NCBI GenBank assembly: GCA_964356325.1
Contig: CAYHHL010000006.1
Coordinates: forward strand, 6,536-70,535
DNA length: 64,000 nucleotides
Reading direction: 5' to 3'
Source of the DNA: an uncultured Enterobacteriaceae bacterium
Lineage (GTDB): Bacteria; Myxococcota_A; UBA9042
Each line of letters opens with the position of its first letter. Position 1 is the stretch's first letter. The position numbers were made by a program, and so were the translations under genes. Shown piece after piece: positions 37,782 to 46,486 of this stretch. The notes beneath the pieces were generated by a model. The model had not been told where the DNA came from. It worked only from the letters and a program-made list of their open reading frames with translations, and did not search any database.

Positions 37782-38003
37782 ATGCACAGATTCCGCCTGG
37801 CAGCGCTCGCCGCGATCCTCAGCGTGGCGACCTCGCTGGGTGGTTGCGCGGCGGTCCAACCGTGGCAGCGCGGCCGTCTCAGCCAACCGGCGATGCAACT
37901 CAGCCCACGCCTGGGCGCGGAATTCCAGTCGCACCTGCGCCCCGTGCGCGAGGGCGCCATCGGCGGCGAGGGCGGGGCCGGCGGCGGCTGCGGCTGCAAC
38001 TGA
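37782..38003 (+). CDS. DUF4266-family small lipoprotein
   Basis: MHRFRLAALAAILSVATSLGGCAAVQPWQRGRLSQPAMQLSPRLGAEFQSHLRPVREGAIGGEGGAGGGCGCN. It has a lipobox, and the characteristic GGGCGCN C-terminus recalled for this family. Confidence 0.65.
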   Translation: MHRFRLAALAAILSVATSLGGCAAVQPWQRGRLSQPAMQLSPRLGAEFQSHLRPVREGAIGGEGGAGGGCGCN

Positions 38004-38023
38004 CGGTCGTGCAAGGGCATCGC

Positions 38024-39148
38024 TTACAAGTCCACGGAGACGGCGGCCTGTAGCACGGTCGCGATCGTGTCGGCCATGGGCACGAAGCGGTCCCCGTCCA
38101 CGGTGCGGAAGTCATCGTAACGCGTCCAGATCAGCATGCCCTGCGCCAGCAATTCGACGACACGCCACTTCCAGCGCAAGTTGAGGTCAACCGCATTGGA
38201 CCATTGGCCGGTCAGGCGCCTATCGCGGGTGATGTAGGCGCGGTCCACAGTGTACATCGAGCGGTAGAAGCTGGCTCGCGACTGCCAGTACAGCCGATTG
38301 GCGAGTTCGATTTCCAAGCCGTGGCCGACATCGAGGGTGGCGCCGAGTTCACCGGTGTTGCTGCGAATCGCCCAAGTATCGAGATAGCCGCGGTAAGTCG
38401 CGCGCAAGAACAGCGACCGACCGACGGCTTGGCGGCCTTCGAGCGTCAAACCGTGGCGGGTGCGGCTGTCCGGGTGGCGCTCGGCGACCCACTGCGCCTG
38501 ACTGTGCAGCCAAAGCGCGGGGTCACGCGGCACCAGCGGCACCAGGCGGTAGGGGCTCGATTGGAACCCGTCGACCAGCGCGAGCGTATATGCCACTGAA
38601 ACTATAGTGGAACGCGTGACGATTTGGCTGACCGTGGCGTCGAGACGGTGGCTCAGGCGGTCATGCCACAGCGACTCGGGCTGGCGCAGGCTGCCCAGGC
38701 GGTCCATGCCCAGACCATAGCTGAGCGCCAGTGTTAGGTTGCGCGCGAACAGCTCGGTCTGGCCGCCGGCCACCAAGGCGTGGCTGTGCGTGTCGTTCTC
38801 GGTGCTGTAGGTGTAGCCGGTATGGCCACGCCAGCCGTCGCGGTCGTAGTTGAGTTGGAAGCCCGCCTCCTTGCGCACCTCTTGGAAGCTCGGGCTGGCG
38901 CCGGAAACCATGTCGACCGATGCCGCGGTGATGAAGTCGGTGCGCACCGTGGCCTGGACGGAAGTGGATCCGAGGATCTGCTGGCGCGCCTCGAGCCACG
39001 GGCTGATGACGCTCAAGCCATCGTTATTGCTGTACACCGCCGTCCCGGTCGCTCCGTGCGTGGCCAGGCCTTCACCGTGTGCGCTGCCCGACAACGCCGA
39101 CCAGACGGCACAGCCTGCGAAAGCGGCCCGCCCGCCCCACCGGCTCAC
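38024..39148 (-). CDS. DUF3570-like outer-membrane beta-barrel candidate
   Basis: A GTG at 39146-39148 overlaps the upstream stop (GTGA). A signal-like AAFAGCAVWSALSGSAHG is followed by aromatic-rich, alternating beta sequence. The family assignment comes from pattern recall only. Confidence 0.5.
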   Translation of the reverse strand: MSRWGGRAAFAGCAVWSALSGSAHGEGLATHGATGTAVYSNNDGLSVISPWLEARQQILGSTSVQATVRTDFITAASVDMVSGASPSFQEVRKEAGFQLNYDRDGWRGHTGYTYSTENDTHSHALVAGGQTELFARNLTLALSYGLGMDRLGSLRQPESLWHDRLSHRLDATVSQIVTRSTIVSVAYTLALVDGFQSSPYRLVPLVPRDPALWLHSQAQWVAERHPDSRTRHGLTLEGRQAVGRSLFLRATYRGYLDTWAIRSNTGELGATLDVGHGLEIELANRLYWQSRASFYRSMYTVDRAYITRDRRLTGQWSNAVDLNLRWKWRVVELLAQGMLIWTRYDDFRTVDGDRFVPMADTIATVLQAAVSVDL

Positions 39149-39693
39149 TTCAGTCCCCCGGAGATCCAACCTTCCAGGGCCTTGTACGCCGGTTGGCTGC
39201 GGTCCGGGAACACGATCAAGCCATCGGCGTGGACGATGCCGCCCTGCTTGGGATCCAGGCATTTGAGCAGCAAAGCACTGTTCGCGGCCGACGTCTCGTT
39301 ACGCAAGCGCATGCACAAAGCTTCGTAGTTCCAAGACAACTCAGCATCGGTCAGGTGCTTCTCGTCGAGCGGCGTGTCCGAAAAGGCCGGAGGCGCGCGC
39401 AGGTAATCGACGGCGTACAGCGTCAGGCTGCTGCCGAGCTTGCCGTGGCAGGCGGCAAAGGCGCAACTGTGGCCGATCACAGGCTGGATCTTGGTCACGA
39501 ACACGCTGAAGTCGGCAACGGGCAATGGCGTGTACGGATTATCGACTGACGGGCAGGCAGTGGCAGTCACGGCGAGCCCGGTCAAGATCACGAAAAGCGC
39601 AGCTTGGCGACCGACTTGCGGCCACGGCGCGTCCCGCCGCTCAGTTGTCTGGGCGCATGGGGGACGCTGGACTTTCGGGTCGGTGGCACGCAT
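39145..39693 (-). CDS. Monohaem c-type lipoprotein with a PSCyt1-like C-terminus
   Basis: ALFVILTGLAVTATACPSVD has a lipobox. CAFAACHG is the haem motif. ...AYKALEGWISGGLK is the C-terminus. The true start is probably an internal GTG near 39615. Confidence 0.55.
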   Translation of the reverse strand: MRATDPKVQRPPCAQTTERRDAPWPQVGRQAALFVILTGLAVTATACPSVDNPYTPLPVADFSVFVTKIQPVIGHSCAFAACHGKLGSSLTLYAVDYLRAPPAFSDTPLDEKHLTDAELSWNYEALCMRLRNETSAANSALLLKCLDPKQGGIVHADGLIVFPDRSQPAYKALEGWISGGLK

Positions 39694-39740
39694 GGGCAGC
39701 CGTGGCGGCGTGGTGGTGGCGCCGCGTTGGTGAGGGTGGC

Positions 39741-42146
39741 ATGCTTCGGCGCGCGGCAGCGCCCTTTGCGGGGCTTCTCATTGCTGGTTTCGCGGGGCTT
39801 CTCATGGCTCGTGTCCCCGTCCCCTCCGGTTGCCGGCACCCTGGCGTCGACGTCGTGCGATGCTACGAGAAGCGGTGCGGCCGTGCAATCGCGCGCCTGG
39901 CGCTGCTGACCCTGCTCGCCGTGGCGGCTCTTGCCTGCGAGACGACGCCGACCGCCGCGGCGCGGGGCCCGACTGAAGGCTGCAACACTTCAAAATGCCA
40001 CGCAGAAATCGAGCAGATCCACTACGGTGGCCCGGCTCTGAGCTGCGTCGACTGTCACGGCGGCGATCCGCGGGCGACGACCAAGGCCGGTGCGCACGTC
40101 ACGGTGGACACGTCGTTGAACCCCTCGACGCCGGGCAAGCATTTCCTCGACGATCCCTCGCTGGCCGAACTCGCGCAGGCTTCGACCGAGGTGCTGCAGT
40201 TCCTCAACCCAGCGGATTATCGAGTTGTTTTAAGGACATGTGGCAGCACCACGCTGGCGGGCGGCGGTTGTCACTCGATCATCACGAACAACAGCCTGCT
40301 GCTCAACCGGGCGACGCTGGCAGGGCAATTGGCAGGCGGTGGCTTCATCGCCGGAACTCAGGGCAAGCAGCCGCACTATGGCATCGTGCCCGTGCAGGAT
40401 CGCTTCGTGCCCGCACAGCCGCCGCCGGGTACCGTCACCCACTTGGACCCGCTTCCGGCCGACCCACCCGCCACGGCGACCTCGGTGACTGCCAAGGCAT
40501 TCTACCCTGTCTACGAGCAGTTGTGCGCCGATTGCCACCTCGGGCGTGAGGGTTCCAAGGTGCCAGGGCGCTACTACTCGGCGGGCTGCAACGGCTGCCA
40601 CATGACCACCGCGGACGAGTCGCGCACGGCGACGGCCGACCCGACGCAGAACCGCGACGAGGCCGGTCACCCGCTCAAGCACCGATTCACCAACCTCATT
40701 CCCGACAGCCAGTGCGCGCATTGCCACATTTCGCACCTGGGCCGATCGCTGCTGGCACGCGGTGTGCGCGAGCGCTCCGAGCCCGAGGGCGACACGCTGA
40801 TGGGCGGCAAGAACACGGGTGCCGCCGATCCGCCCAACGCCGTGCCGTGGGGCAAGGAGAACTACGTCAAGTCCAAGGGCATGTTGTGGCAATACGGCAA
40901 GCCGTGGCCGTACTTCCTGGAGGATGAGGACGGCAGCAACGCCACGGACGAGACGCCACCCGACATCCACACGCAAATGGGCTTGGCCTGCATCGATTGC
41001 CACAACATGCGGGAAGCCCACGGTTCAGGCCGGGCCCAGGTGCGCATGGACCAGGAACTCGACGTGCGTTGCCAAAGTTGCCACGGCCGGCCGGGAGAGA
41101 AAGCCAAGCTGATGTCCGACTCGGGCATCACTTTTGACCAGGCGGGGACGGGCAAGGGCTCGGACGGCGCCAACCCGCAGACGGTCAAGGTCATCGGCGA
41201 TGGGAGCGTGCAGCAGCGCGACAAGCTGACCGGTGGACTGCATCCGGTCACGCAGATCACGCAACGTACTGATCCGAATGCCAAGCTGTACAATCCGCGC
41301 ACGCGCATGGGCTGCCAACTCCACGCGGGGACGGCGGCGGCGCGTCAGGCTCTCAAGGCCGAGTTCGCCGCGCTGGCTGCCCAGGATCCGGCGGCGGCGC
41401 AGAAGCAGTTTCCGGGCGTGCCGCCGGGCTTCCAGTTCGACGCCGTGGCTGTGGAGTCCGACGGCCGCACCGAATGCTTTGCCTGCCACAATGCCTGGAC
41501 GGTCAACTGCTACGGTTGCCACATGGTGCGCGACGACCGCGAGACCTACATCAGCCGGGTAAGCGGCGAGAAGCGGGTGGGCAAGGTCAAGTCCTTTGGT
41601 CTCAGCGTGATGGCCGACGCTCTCGCGCTGGGCTTCAACAGCCGAGGCCGTATCACGCCGCTGGTCGGGACCTCGATCTTCTTCACCCACATCGACGCTG
41701 CCGGCAACAAGGTCATCGATGCCGCGCCGTTGACCACGGGCGAAGGCCTGAGCGGCGACGGTAACGTTCACAACCCTGTGCACCATCACACGATTCAGAA
41801 GCAGCCTCGCGATTGCACCGGCTGCCATCCAGCGGCGGATGGCGCCGACAACGTGACGGCGGTACTGCGCGCGATCGGCTTGGGCACCGGCCAGTTCACG
41901 TTCGCCGATGGTGCTGGGCGGACCCACTGGCTCGACAGGCTGATCGTCGGTGACTACGATGGCGACGGCAAGCCGGACGACCCCATCGCGCTCGGGTTGC
42001 CCTCGTCGCTGGCGAGCGTGAAGCGCGTGGTCGGCACGACGCACATGCAGCTACCAGGCATGTCCGGAGGCCAACAGCCGGGACCGCTCGACGTCGAAAC
42101 AGTCAATCGCATCCTGAAGAACAAAGTGTTGCCGCAGCGGCCCTGA
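39741..42146 (+). CDS. Large multihaem c-type cytochrome lipoprotein (~11 CxxCH/CxnCH)
   Basis: There are two candidate signal peptides. One is MLRRAAAPFAGLLIAGFAGLLMA. The other is RLALLTLLAVAALACETTP, which carries a lipobox. The haem motifs are CNTSKCH, CVDCH, C(x9)CH, CADCH, CNGCH, CAHCH, CIDCH, CQSCH, CFACH, CYGCH and CTGCH. The start is uncertain (39741 to 39870). Confidence 0.75.
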   Translation: MLRRAAAPFAGLLIAGFAGLLMARVPVPSGCRHPGVDVVRCYEKRCGRAIARLALLTLLAVAALACETTPTAAARGPTEGCNTSKCHAEIEQIHYGGPALSCVDCHGGDPRATTKAGAHVTVDTSLNPSTPGKHFLDDPSLAELAQASTEVLQFLNPADYRVVLRTCGSTTLAGGGCHSIITNNSLLLNRATLAGQLAGGGFIAGTQGKQPHYGIVPVQDRFVPAQPPPGTVTHLDPLPADPPATATSVTAKAFYPVYEQLCADCHLGREGSKVPGRYYSAGCNGCHMTTADESRTATADPTQNRDEAGHPLKHRFTNLIPDSQCAHCHISHLGRSLLARGVRERSEPEGDTLMGGKNTGAADPPNAVPWGKENYVKSKGMLWQYGKPWPYFLEDEDGSNATDETPPDIHTQMGLACIDCHNMREAHGSGRAQVRMDQELDVRCQSCHGRPGEKAKLMSDSGITFDQAGTGKGSDGANPQTVKVIGDGSVQQRDKLTGGLHPVTQITQRTDPNAKLYNPRTRMGCQLHAGTAAARQALKAEFAALAAQDPAAAQKQFPGVPPGFQFDAVAVESDGRTECFACHNAWTVNCYGCHMVRDDRETYISRVSGEKRVGKVKSFGLSVMADALALGFNSRGRITPLVGTSIFFTHIDAAGNKVIDAAPLTTGEGLSGDGNVHNPVHHHTIQKQPRDCTGCHPAADGADNVTAVLRAIGLGTGQFTFADGAGRTHWLDRLIVGDYDGDGKPDDPIALGLPSSLASVKRVVGTTHMQLPGMSGGQQPGPLDVETVNRILKNKVLPQRP

Positions 42147-42164
42147 CGGCCGGACGAGGTCCAC

Positions 42165-42995
42165 ATGAAACGCTTGCTGCAATGCCTGGCGCTGACCTGG
42201 GGTCTGGCGGGCTGCGAGTCCAATCCGGAGCCGAGCGAGCCGGCGATCCAGGTCGAGACGCTGCCGGAGATGGCCGGCGCACCTACCAGCGTGGTCGATG
42301 GCCGTCTGACTTGCCTGGGCAAGGCCCCGGCGGCGGCCACTGCGGGCGCGCTGGAATTGACTGGCTACGTACGCACGCTGGCCGATCCCGAAGCGAAACT
42401 ACCGCCACCCGCGGCCAAGGTCGGCCTGTTCACCGCTGACGGCACGGAACTGGCCAGCGGTTTTGCCGACGCGGCCAAGGCCGGCCGTGTCTCGATCTCG
42501 GTGCCGGTCAAGGCTCAAGGCTTCGAAGGCTACGCGCTCGTGCAGCAACAAGGCTTCCTGGACTGGCGCTTCCAGACCAGCCGGCCGGTGACGACTACCG
42601 ACCTCACCGGCTGGGCTTGGCTGACCACACAGGGCGAGGTCGACACGCGAGCCAAGGCGCTGGGTTTCACGCTCAAGGCCAGCGCCGGCATCCTGGTCGG
42701 CGCCGTCCATGATTGTGACAGCTTCGGCGCGGCCAACGCCGTGGTCGTCGTCGGCGATGCGGGCGGCAACCCCGTGTATTACGTCGAAGGCTTCGATCTA
42801 GTGGCGGTACGTCCCTACACCAGCACCAGTGGCCGCTTCGTCGCTGCCAACCTCGCGCCGGGCACCGTGCAGGTCAAGGCGTTCGGGCGTACCAAAGTGG
42901 GCGGCCCGCTGGAACTCTTGTCCTCGGCGCGGGTCGTGATCGAGGCAGGCCGCATCACCGCCGTCGATCTCGCGCCGCGCACAGGCATCAAGTGA
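42165..42995 (+). CDS. Lipoprotein, hypothetical
   Basis: MKRLLQCLALTWGLAGCESNPEP has a lipobox. It lies 18 nt after the cytochrome stop. Confidence 0.55.
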   Translation: MKRLLQCLALTWGLAGCESNPEPSEPAIQVETLPEMAGAPTSVVDGRLTCLGKAPAAATAGALELTGYVRTLADPEAKLPPPAAKVGLFTADGTELASGFADAAKAGRVSISVPVKAQGFEGYALVQQQGFLDWRFQTSRPVTTTDLTGWAWLTTQGEVDTRAKALGFTLKASAGILVGAVHDCDSFGAANAVVVVGDAGGNPVYYVEGFDLVAVRPYTSTSGRFVAANLAPGTVQVKAFGRTKVGGPLELLSSARVVIEAGRITAVDLAPRTGIK

Positions 42996-44275
42996 CGCCT
43001 GGCTCAGATGCGAGGCGCTGGCACGCCGCGCCTCCGTTGGCCGCCGGTCTGTCTGCGCTGGCCATCTGCGCTGCGGGCTTCGACATCACACCTGACATGC
43101 CCGCTACGAACCTGTTCCCTTTGCTGTATTATCCGCTGCTGGTGCTGAGTCTCGGCACCGCCTGGTGGGTCTGGCGCCATCCGCGCTGCATCGGTTTTGC
43201 CACGGTGTTGGCGTTTGCCCTGGCGTTCCGTCTGCTTGCTGCCGCGGAACCGCCCTCGCTGTCGAGCGATGTCTACCGCTACGCCTGGGACGGCCACGTG
43301 CAGCGCGCCGGCATCAGCCCTTACGCCCACGCCCCTGGCGATGCCGCGTTGGCGCCGTTGCGCGATGCCGCGATCTACCCGCACATCAACCGCAAACAGG
43401 CGCACACGGTCTATCCGCCGGGCGCGCAGGTGCTGTTCCTGGCGCTGCCCTTTGGCCTGGACGCGGTCCGCCTGGCGATGATCGCCTTGGATCTGCTGAC
43501 GATCGTGCTGCTCGGCCGGCTCTTGCGCGATCTGGGCCAGGATCCGGCGCGCGCGCTGCTTTACGCCTGGTCGCCGCTCGCGATCTACGAAATCGGCAAC
43601 GGCGGCCATCTCGAGGCGGCGGTGCTGCCGTTGCTGCTGGGCGCGGTGCTGGCGTGGCGTGCAGGGCGCTGGCGGACGGTCGGGCTGCTGCTCGGCGGCG
43701 CGGCCTCGCTCAAACTGTATCCGCTGTTGCTCGGCAGTGTTCTGGCGCCGCCACGCTGGTTGCGCGTGCTCGGCCCGGCCGCGGTATTGCTGGGTGTCGT
43801 GTACTTCGCCTATGGCCTCGCGGCGGGCGTGGGCGTGCTGGGCTTCCTGCCGCAGTACCTCGGATCGGCTGAGGATCACAACAACGGACTGCGCGCGCTG
43901 TTCGAGTGGACCCTCGGCCCGCTGCCGGCGCAGTACCGGCGCCCGTTGGCGTTTGCCCTGTGCCTGGTCGCGATGGTGACCCTGATGCGCAAGGCGGCGC
44001 GCGCTGATGTGGCCATCGAACACAAGATTCGCGACCTTGCGGGCATCTACTTGGTGACGGTACCCACGGCGCTGCACCCCTGGTACGCGCTCTGGCTCGT
44101 GCCGTGGCTGTGCATCGCGCCGCACGCCGGGTGGCTGTGGCTGGTGGCGACCGTGCCGCTCTCGTACCTCAAATACGCCAGCCCCGGCGGGGTGATGCCG
44201 GCGTGGGTGATGCCGCTGGAGTTCGTGCCGACCGGAGTGCTGCTGGCGTGGCCGATGTGGCGGCGGCCGGCATGA
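42992..44275 (+). CDS. DUF2029/GT87-like polytopic membrane glycosyltransferase (polyprenol-phosphate-sugar dependent, GT-C-like)
   Basis: It has about 10 TM segments. SSDVYRYAWDGHV is the DUF2029-type periplasmic loop motif. The start overlaps the previous stop (ATGA). Confidence 0.65.
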   Translation: MTPGSDARRWHAAPPLAAGLSALAICAAGFDITPDMPATNLFPLLYYPLLVLSLGTAWWVWRHPRCIGFATVLAFALAFRLLAAAEPPSLSSDVYRYAWDGHVQRAGISPYAHAPGDAALAPLRDAAIYPHINRKQAHTVYPPGAQVLFLALPFGLDAVRLAMIALDLLTIVLLGRLLRDLGQDPARALLYAWSPLAIYEIGNGGHLEAAVLPLLLGAVLAWRAGRWRTVGLLLGGAASLKLYPLLLGSVLAPPRWLRVLGPAAVLLGVVYFAYGLAAGVGVLGFLPQYLGSAEDHNNGLRALFEWTLGPLPAQYRRPLAFALCLVAMVTLMRKAARADVAIEHKIRDLAGIYLVTVPTALHPWYALWLVPWLCIAPHAGWLWLVATVPLSYLKYASPGGVMPAWVMPLEFVPTGVLLAWPMWRRPA

Positions 44276-45723
44276 GCCTGTGGTCCGCCGTAGCCTTGCT
44301 GCCTTACCTCGGACTGCTAGCCGTGATGCTGGCTTACAGCGCCCACAGCCTGGTGCTGGTGATCGTCCACGCCCGCTCGCCGGCCCGCCGCCGAGAGTCG
44401 TGGCCATCGCCAGGAACCGAGCCGCACGTCGTTGTGCAATTGCCAGTGTACAATGAGGAAAATGTCGTCGCGCGGCTCCTGGATGCCGTTGCCGCTTTGG
44501 ATTGGCCACCCGACCGGCTGACCATCCAACTGCTCGACGACTCGACCGATGCCACCGCCGCGCTGGCCGAGCCGTGCGTCGCGCGGATGCAAGAGGCGGG
44601 TCTGCGCGTCCAACACCTGCGGCGGGCCCAGCGGCACGGCTTCAAGGCCGGCGCGCTGGCGCATGGCTTGGCGCAAACCGACGCCGCGTTCTTCGCCATC
44701 TTTGACGCCGACTTCGTACCGCCGCCCGACTTCTTGCGCCGCGCGCTGCCGCACTTCGCCGACCCGAGCATCGCCGCGGTCCAGGGCCGCTGGACGCATC
44801 TGAACCGCGACTGGTCGAGCCTGACGCGCGCTCAGGCCCTGGCCATCGACGGTCATTTCGCCATCGAGCAGGAGGCCCGCTTTCGCGCCGGCTGGTTCCT
44901 CAACTTCAACGGCAGCGCGGGGGTATGGCGGCGCGCGGCGATCGAGGCGGCCGGCGGCTGGTCGGCGGACACCTTGACCGAGGATCTGGACCTTTCCTAC
45001 CGCGCGCAGCTGTGCGGTTGGCGCCTCGCGTTCGATCGCGATCTCACATGCCCCGCCGAATTACCGAGTACTCTGGCTGCCTTCAAGGCTCAGCAACGGC
45101 GCTGGGCAACCGGGTCGATGCAGACGGCGCGCAAGCTCCTGCCGGCGATCTGGCAGAGCCGAACGAGCCTGGCCGCGCGACTGGCGGCGACGCTGCACCT
45201 GACGCACTACGCCGTGCACCCATTGCTGGCGACGACCGCGCTGCTGTCGATTCCGTGCGTTCTGCTGCCAGGGCTGTTGGCGCCCCCGGGGCCTCTGTGG
45301 GGTGTGCTGCTGCCGTTCGGCCTGGCGATGGTCGGGCCCACAGCGCTGTATCTGTACGCGCGCCGGGTGCTCGGGTTGCCGATCGCGCCGGCGCTGCGCG
45401 ATCTCGGCACGCTGACCCTGGTGGGCGTGGGCATCGCCGTCAGCAATGGTCGCGCGGTGTTGCGCGCCTTCCAGCGGCGGCAGATCCCATTCGAGCGAAC
45501 GCCCAAGCTGGGAGAGCCAGGCGACTGCATCCGCCAGCGCTATCCGGTGACCGCGGACGGCCTCGCGCGCATGGAGCTGGCCCTGGCGCTGTATTGCCTG
45601 TGCGCCGCGCTGGGACTGCTGTGGACTGGGGTGTATGCGGTGGCGCCCTTCCTGCTTCTGGACGCCGCCGGGTTCGGCTATGTAGCGGTGCGCGGCGCTG
45701 CAAGTGACCAGGAGCGTTGGTGA
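44272..45723 (+). CDS. Family-2 membrane glycosyltransferase (processive, cellulose-synthase-like fold)
   Basis: VVQLPVYNEENVV ... LLDDSTD ... FDADFVPPPDF ... QQRRWATG is a QxxRW motif. C-terminal TM helices follow. ATGA overlap with the previous gene. Confidence 0.8.
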   Translation: MSLWSAVALLPYLGLLAVMLAYSAHSLVLVIVHARSPARRRESWPSPGTEPHVVVQLPVYNEENVVARLLDAVAALDWPPDRLTIQLLDDSTDATAALAEPCVARMQEAGLRVQHLRRAQRHGFKAGALAHGLAQTDAAFFAIFDADFVPPPDFLRRALPHFADPSIAAVQGRWTHLNRDWSSLTRAQALAIDGHFAIEQEARFRAGWFLNFNGSAGVWRRAAIEAAGGWSADTLTEDLDLSYRAQLCGWRLAFDRDLTCPAELPSTLAAFKAQQRRWATGSMQTARKLLPAIWQSRTSLAARLAATLHLTHYAVHPLLATTALLSIPCVLLPGLLAPPGPLWGVLLPFGLAMVGPTALYLYARRVLGLPIAPALRDLGTLTLVGVGIAVSNGRAVLRAFQRRQIPFERTPKLGEPGDCIRQRYPVTADGLARMELALALYCLCAALGLLWTGVYAVAPFLLLDAAGFGYVAVRGAASDQERW

Positions 45724-46412
45724 AGATCGTCGCCATCCTGCCCGCGCTGAACGAGGCCGCCACCGTCGGAGCGGTGGTTCGTGGCCTCCGAGACTTCGTC
45801 GCGGCAGTGGTCGTGGTCGACGGCGGCAGTAGCGACGACACCTGCGCCCAAGCCCGCGCCGCCGGAGCCGAAGTCGTCGTCGAACCACGCCCCGGCTACG
45901 GCCGCGCCTGCCGCGCTGGCGTCGCCTTCGCCACGGACTCGAGTGCCGAGGTCGTCGCCTTTCTCGACGCCTCCAGCGCCACCTATCCGGAGGACCTGCG
46001 CGCCGTGCTGGCACCGATCCTGAACGGCGGGTTCGACTTCGTGCTCGGCTCACGTGTCAGCGGTCAGGCCGAACCGGGCTCGCTGCGCCCCTTGCAGCGC
46101 GCTGGCAACCGACTTGCCACCCAGCTCATCGCCTGGCTGCACGGCCACGCCTACAGCGATCTCGGCTCGATGCGCGCCATCCGCCTGGGTTGTCTCGCCA
46201 CCCTCGAAATGCAAGAATCCGCGCACGGCTGGCCCGCCGAGATGCAGGTCAAGGCGGCGCGGCGCGGCCTGCGCATCTGCGAGGTGCCCATCCGCTACCG
46301 CCGTCGCCGCGCGGGTCGGTCCAAGGTGTCCGGCACGGCCATCGGCTCGCTGCGGGCGGGTTTCGCCATCTTGCGCGTCGTGCTCACGGGCGCGCGAACA
46401 CGCGGCAACTAG
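45717..46412 (+). CDS. Family-2 glycosyltransferase, polyprenol-phosphate sugar synthase-like (DPM1/GtrB-type)
   Basis: VKIVAILPALNEAATVGAVV ... VVVVDGGSSDDT ... the length and motifs match DPM1/ArnC-type GT2 enzymes. Confidence 0.7.
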   Translation: MVKIVAILPALNEAATVGAVVRGLRDFVAAVVVVDGGSSDDTCAQARAAGAEVVVEPRPGYGRACRAGVAFATDSSAEVVAFLDASSATYPEDLRAVLAPILNGGFDFVLGSRVSGQAEPGSLRPLQRAGNRLATQLIAWLHGHAYSDLGSMRAIRLGCLATLEMQESAHGWPAEMQVKAARRGLRICEVPIRYRRRRAGRSKVSGTAIGSLRAGFAILRVVLTGARTRGN

Positions 46413-46486
46413 CGCAACAACCGAGCCCGCCGAAAGGGGCCGGCAGACTGCCAGGTGCGCGCCGCGTTCAAGCTGTGGGTTGTCTC

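Noticed and set aside
37782-39148. DUF4266 and DUF3570 expected as a co-directional pair
   Set aside because: Here the sequence places them convergently (DUF4266 on plus 37782-38003; the barrel candidate on minus). I kept the strands dictated by the sequence rather than forcing the canonical arrangement. The DUF3570 call is correspondingly only moderate.
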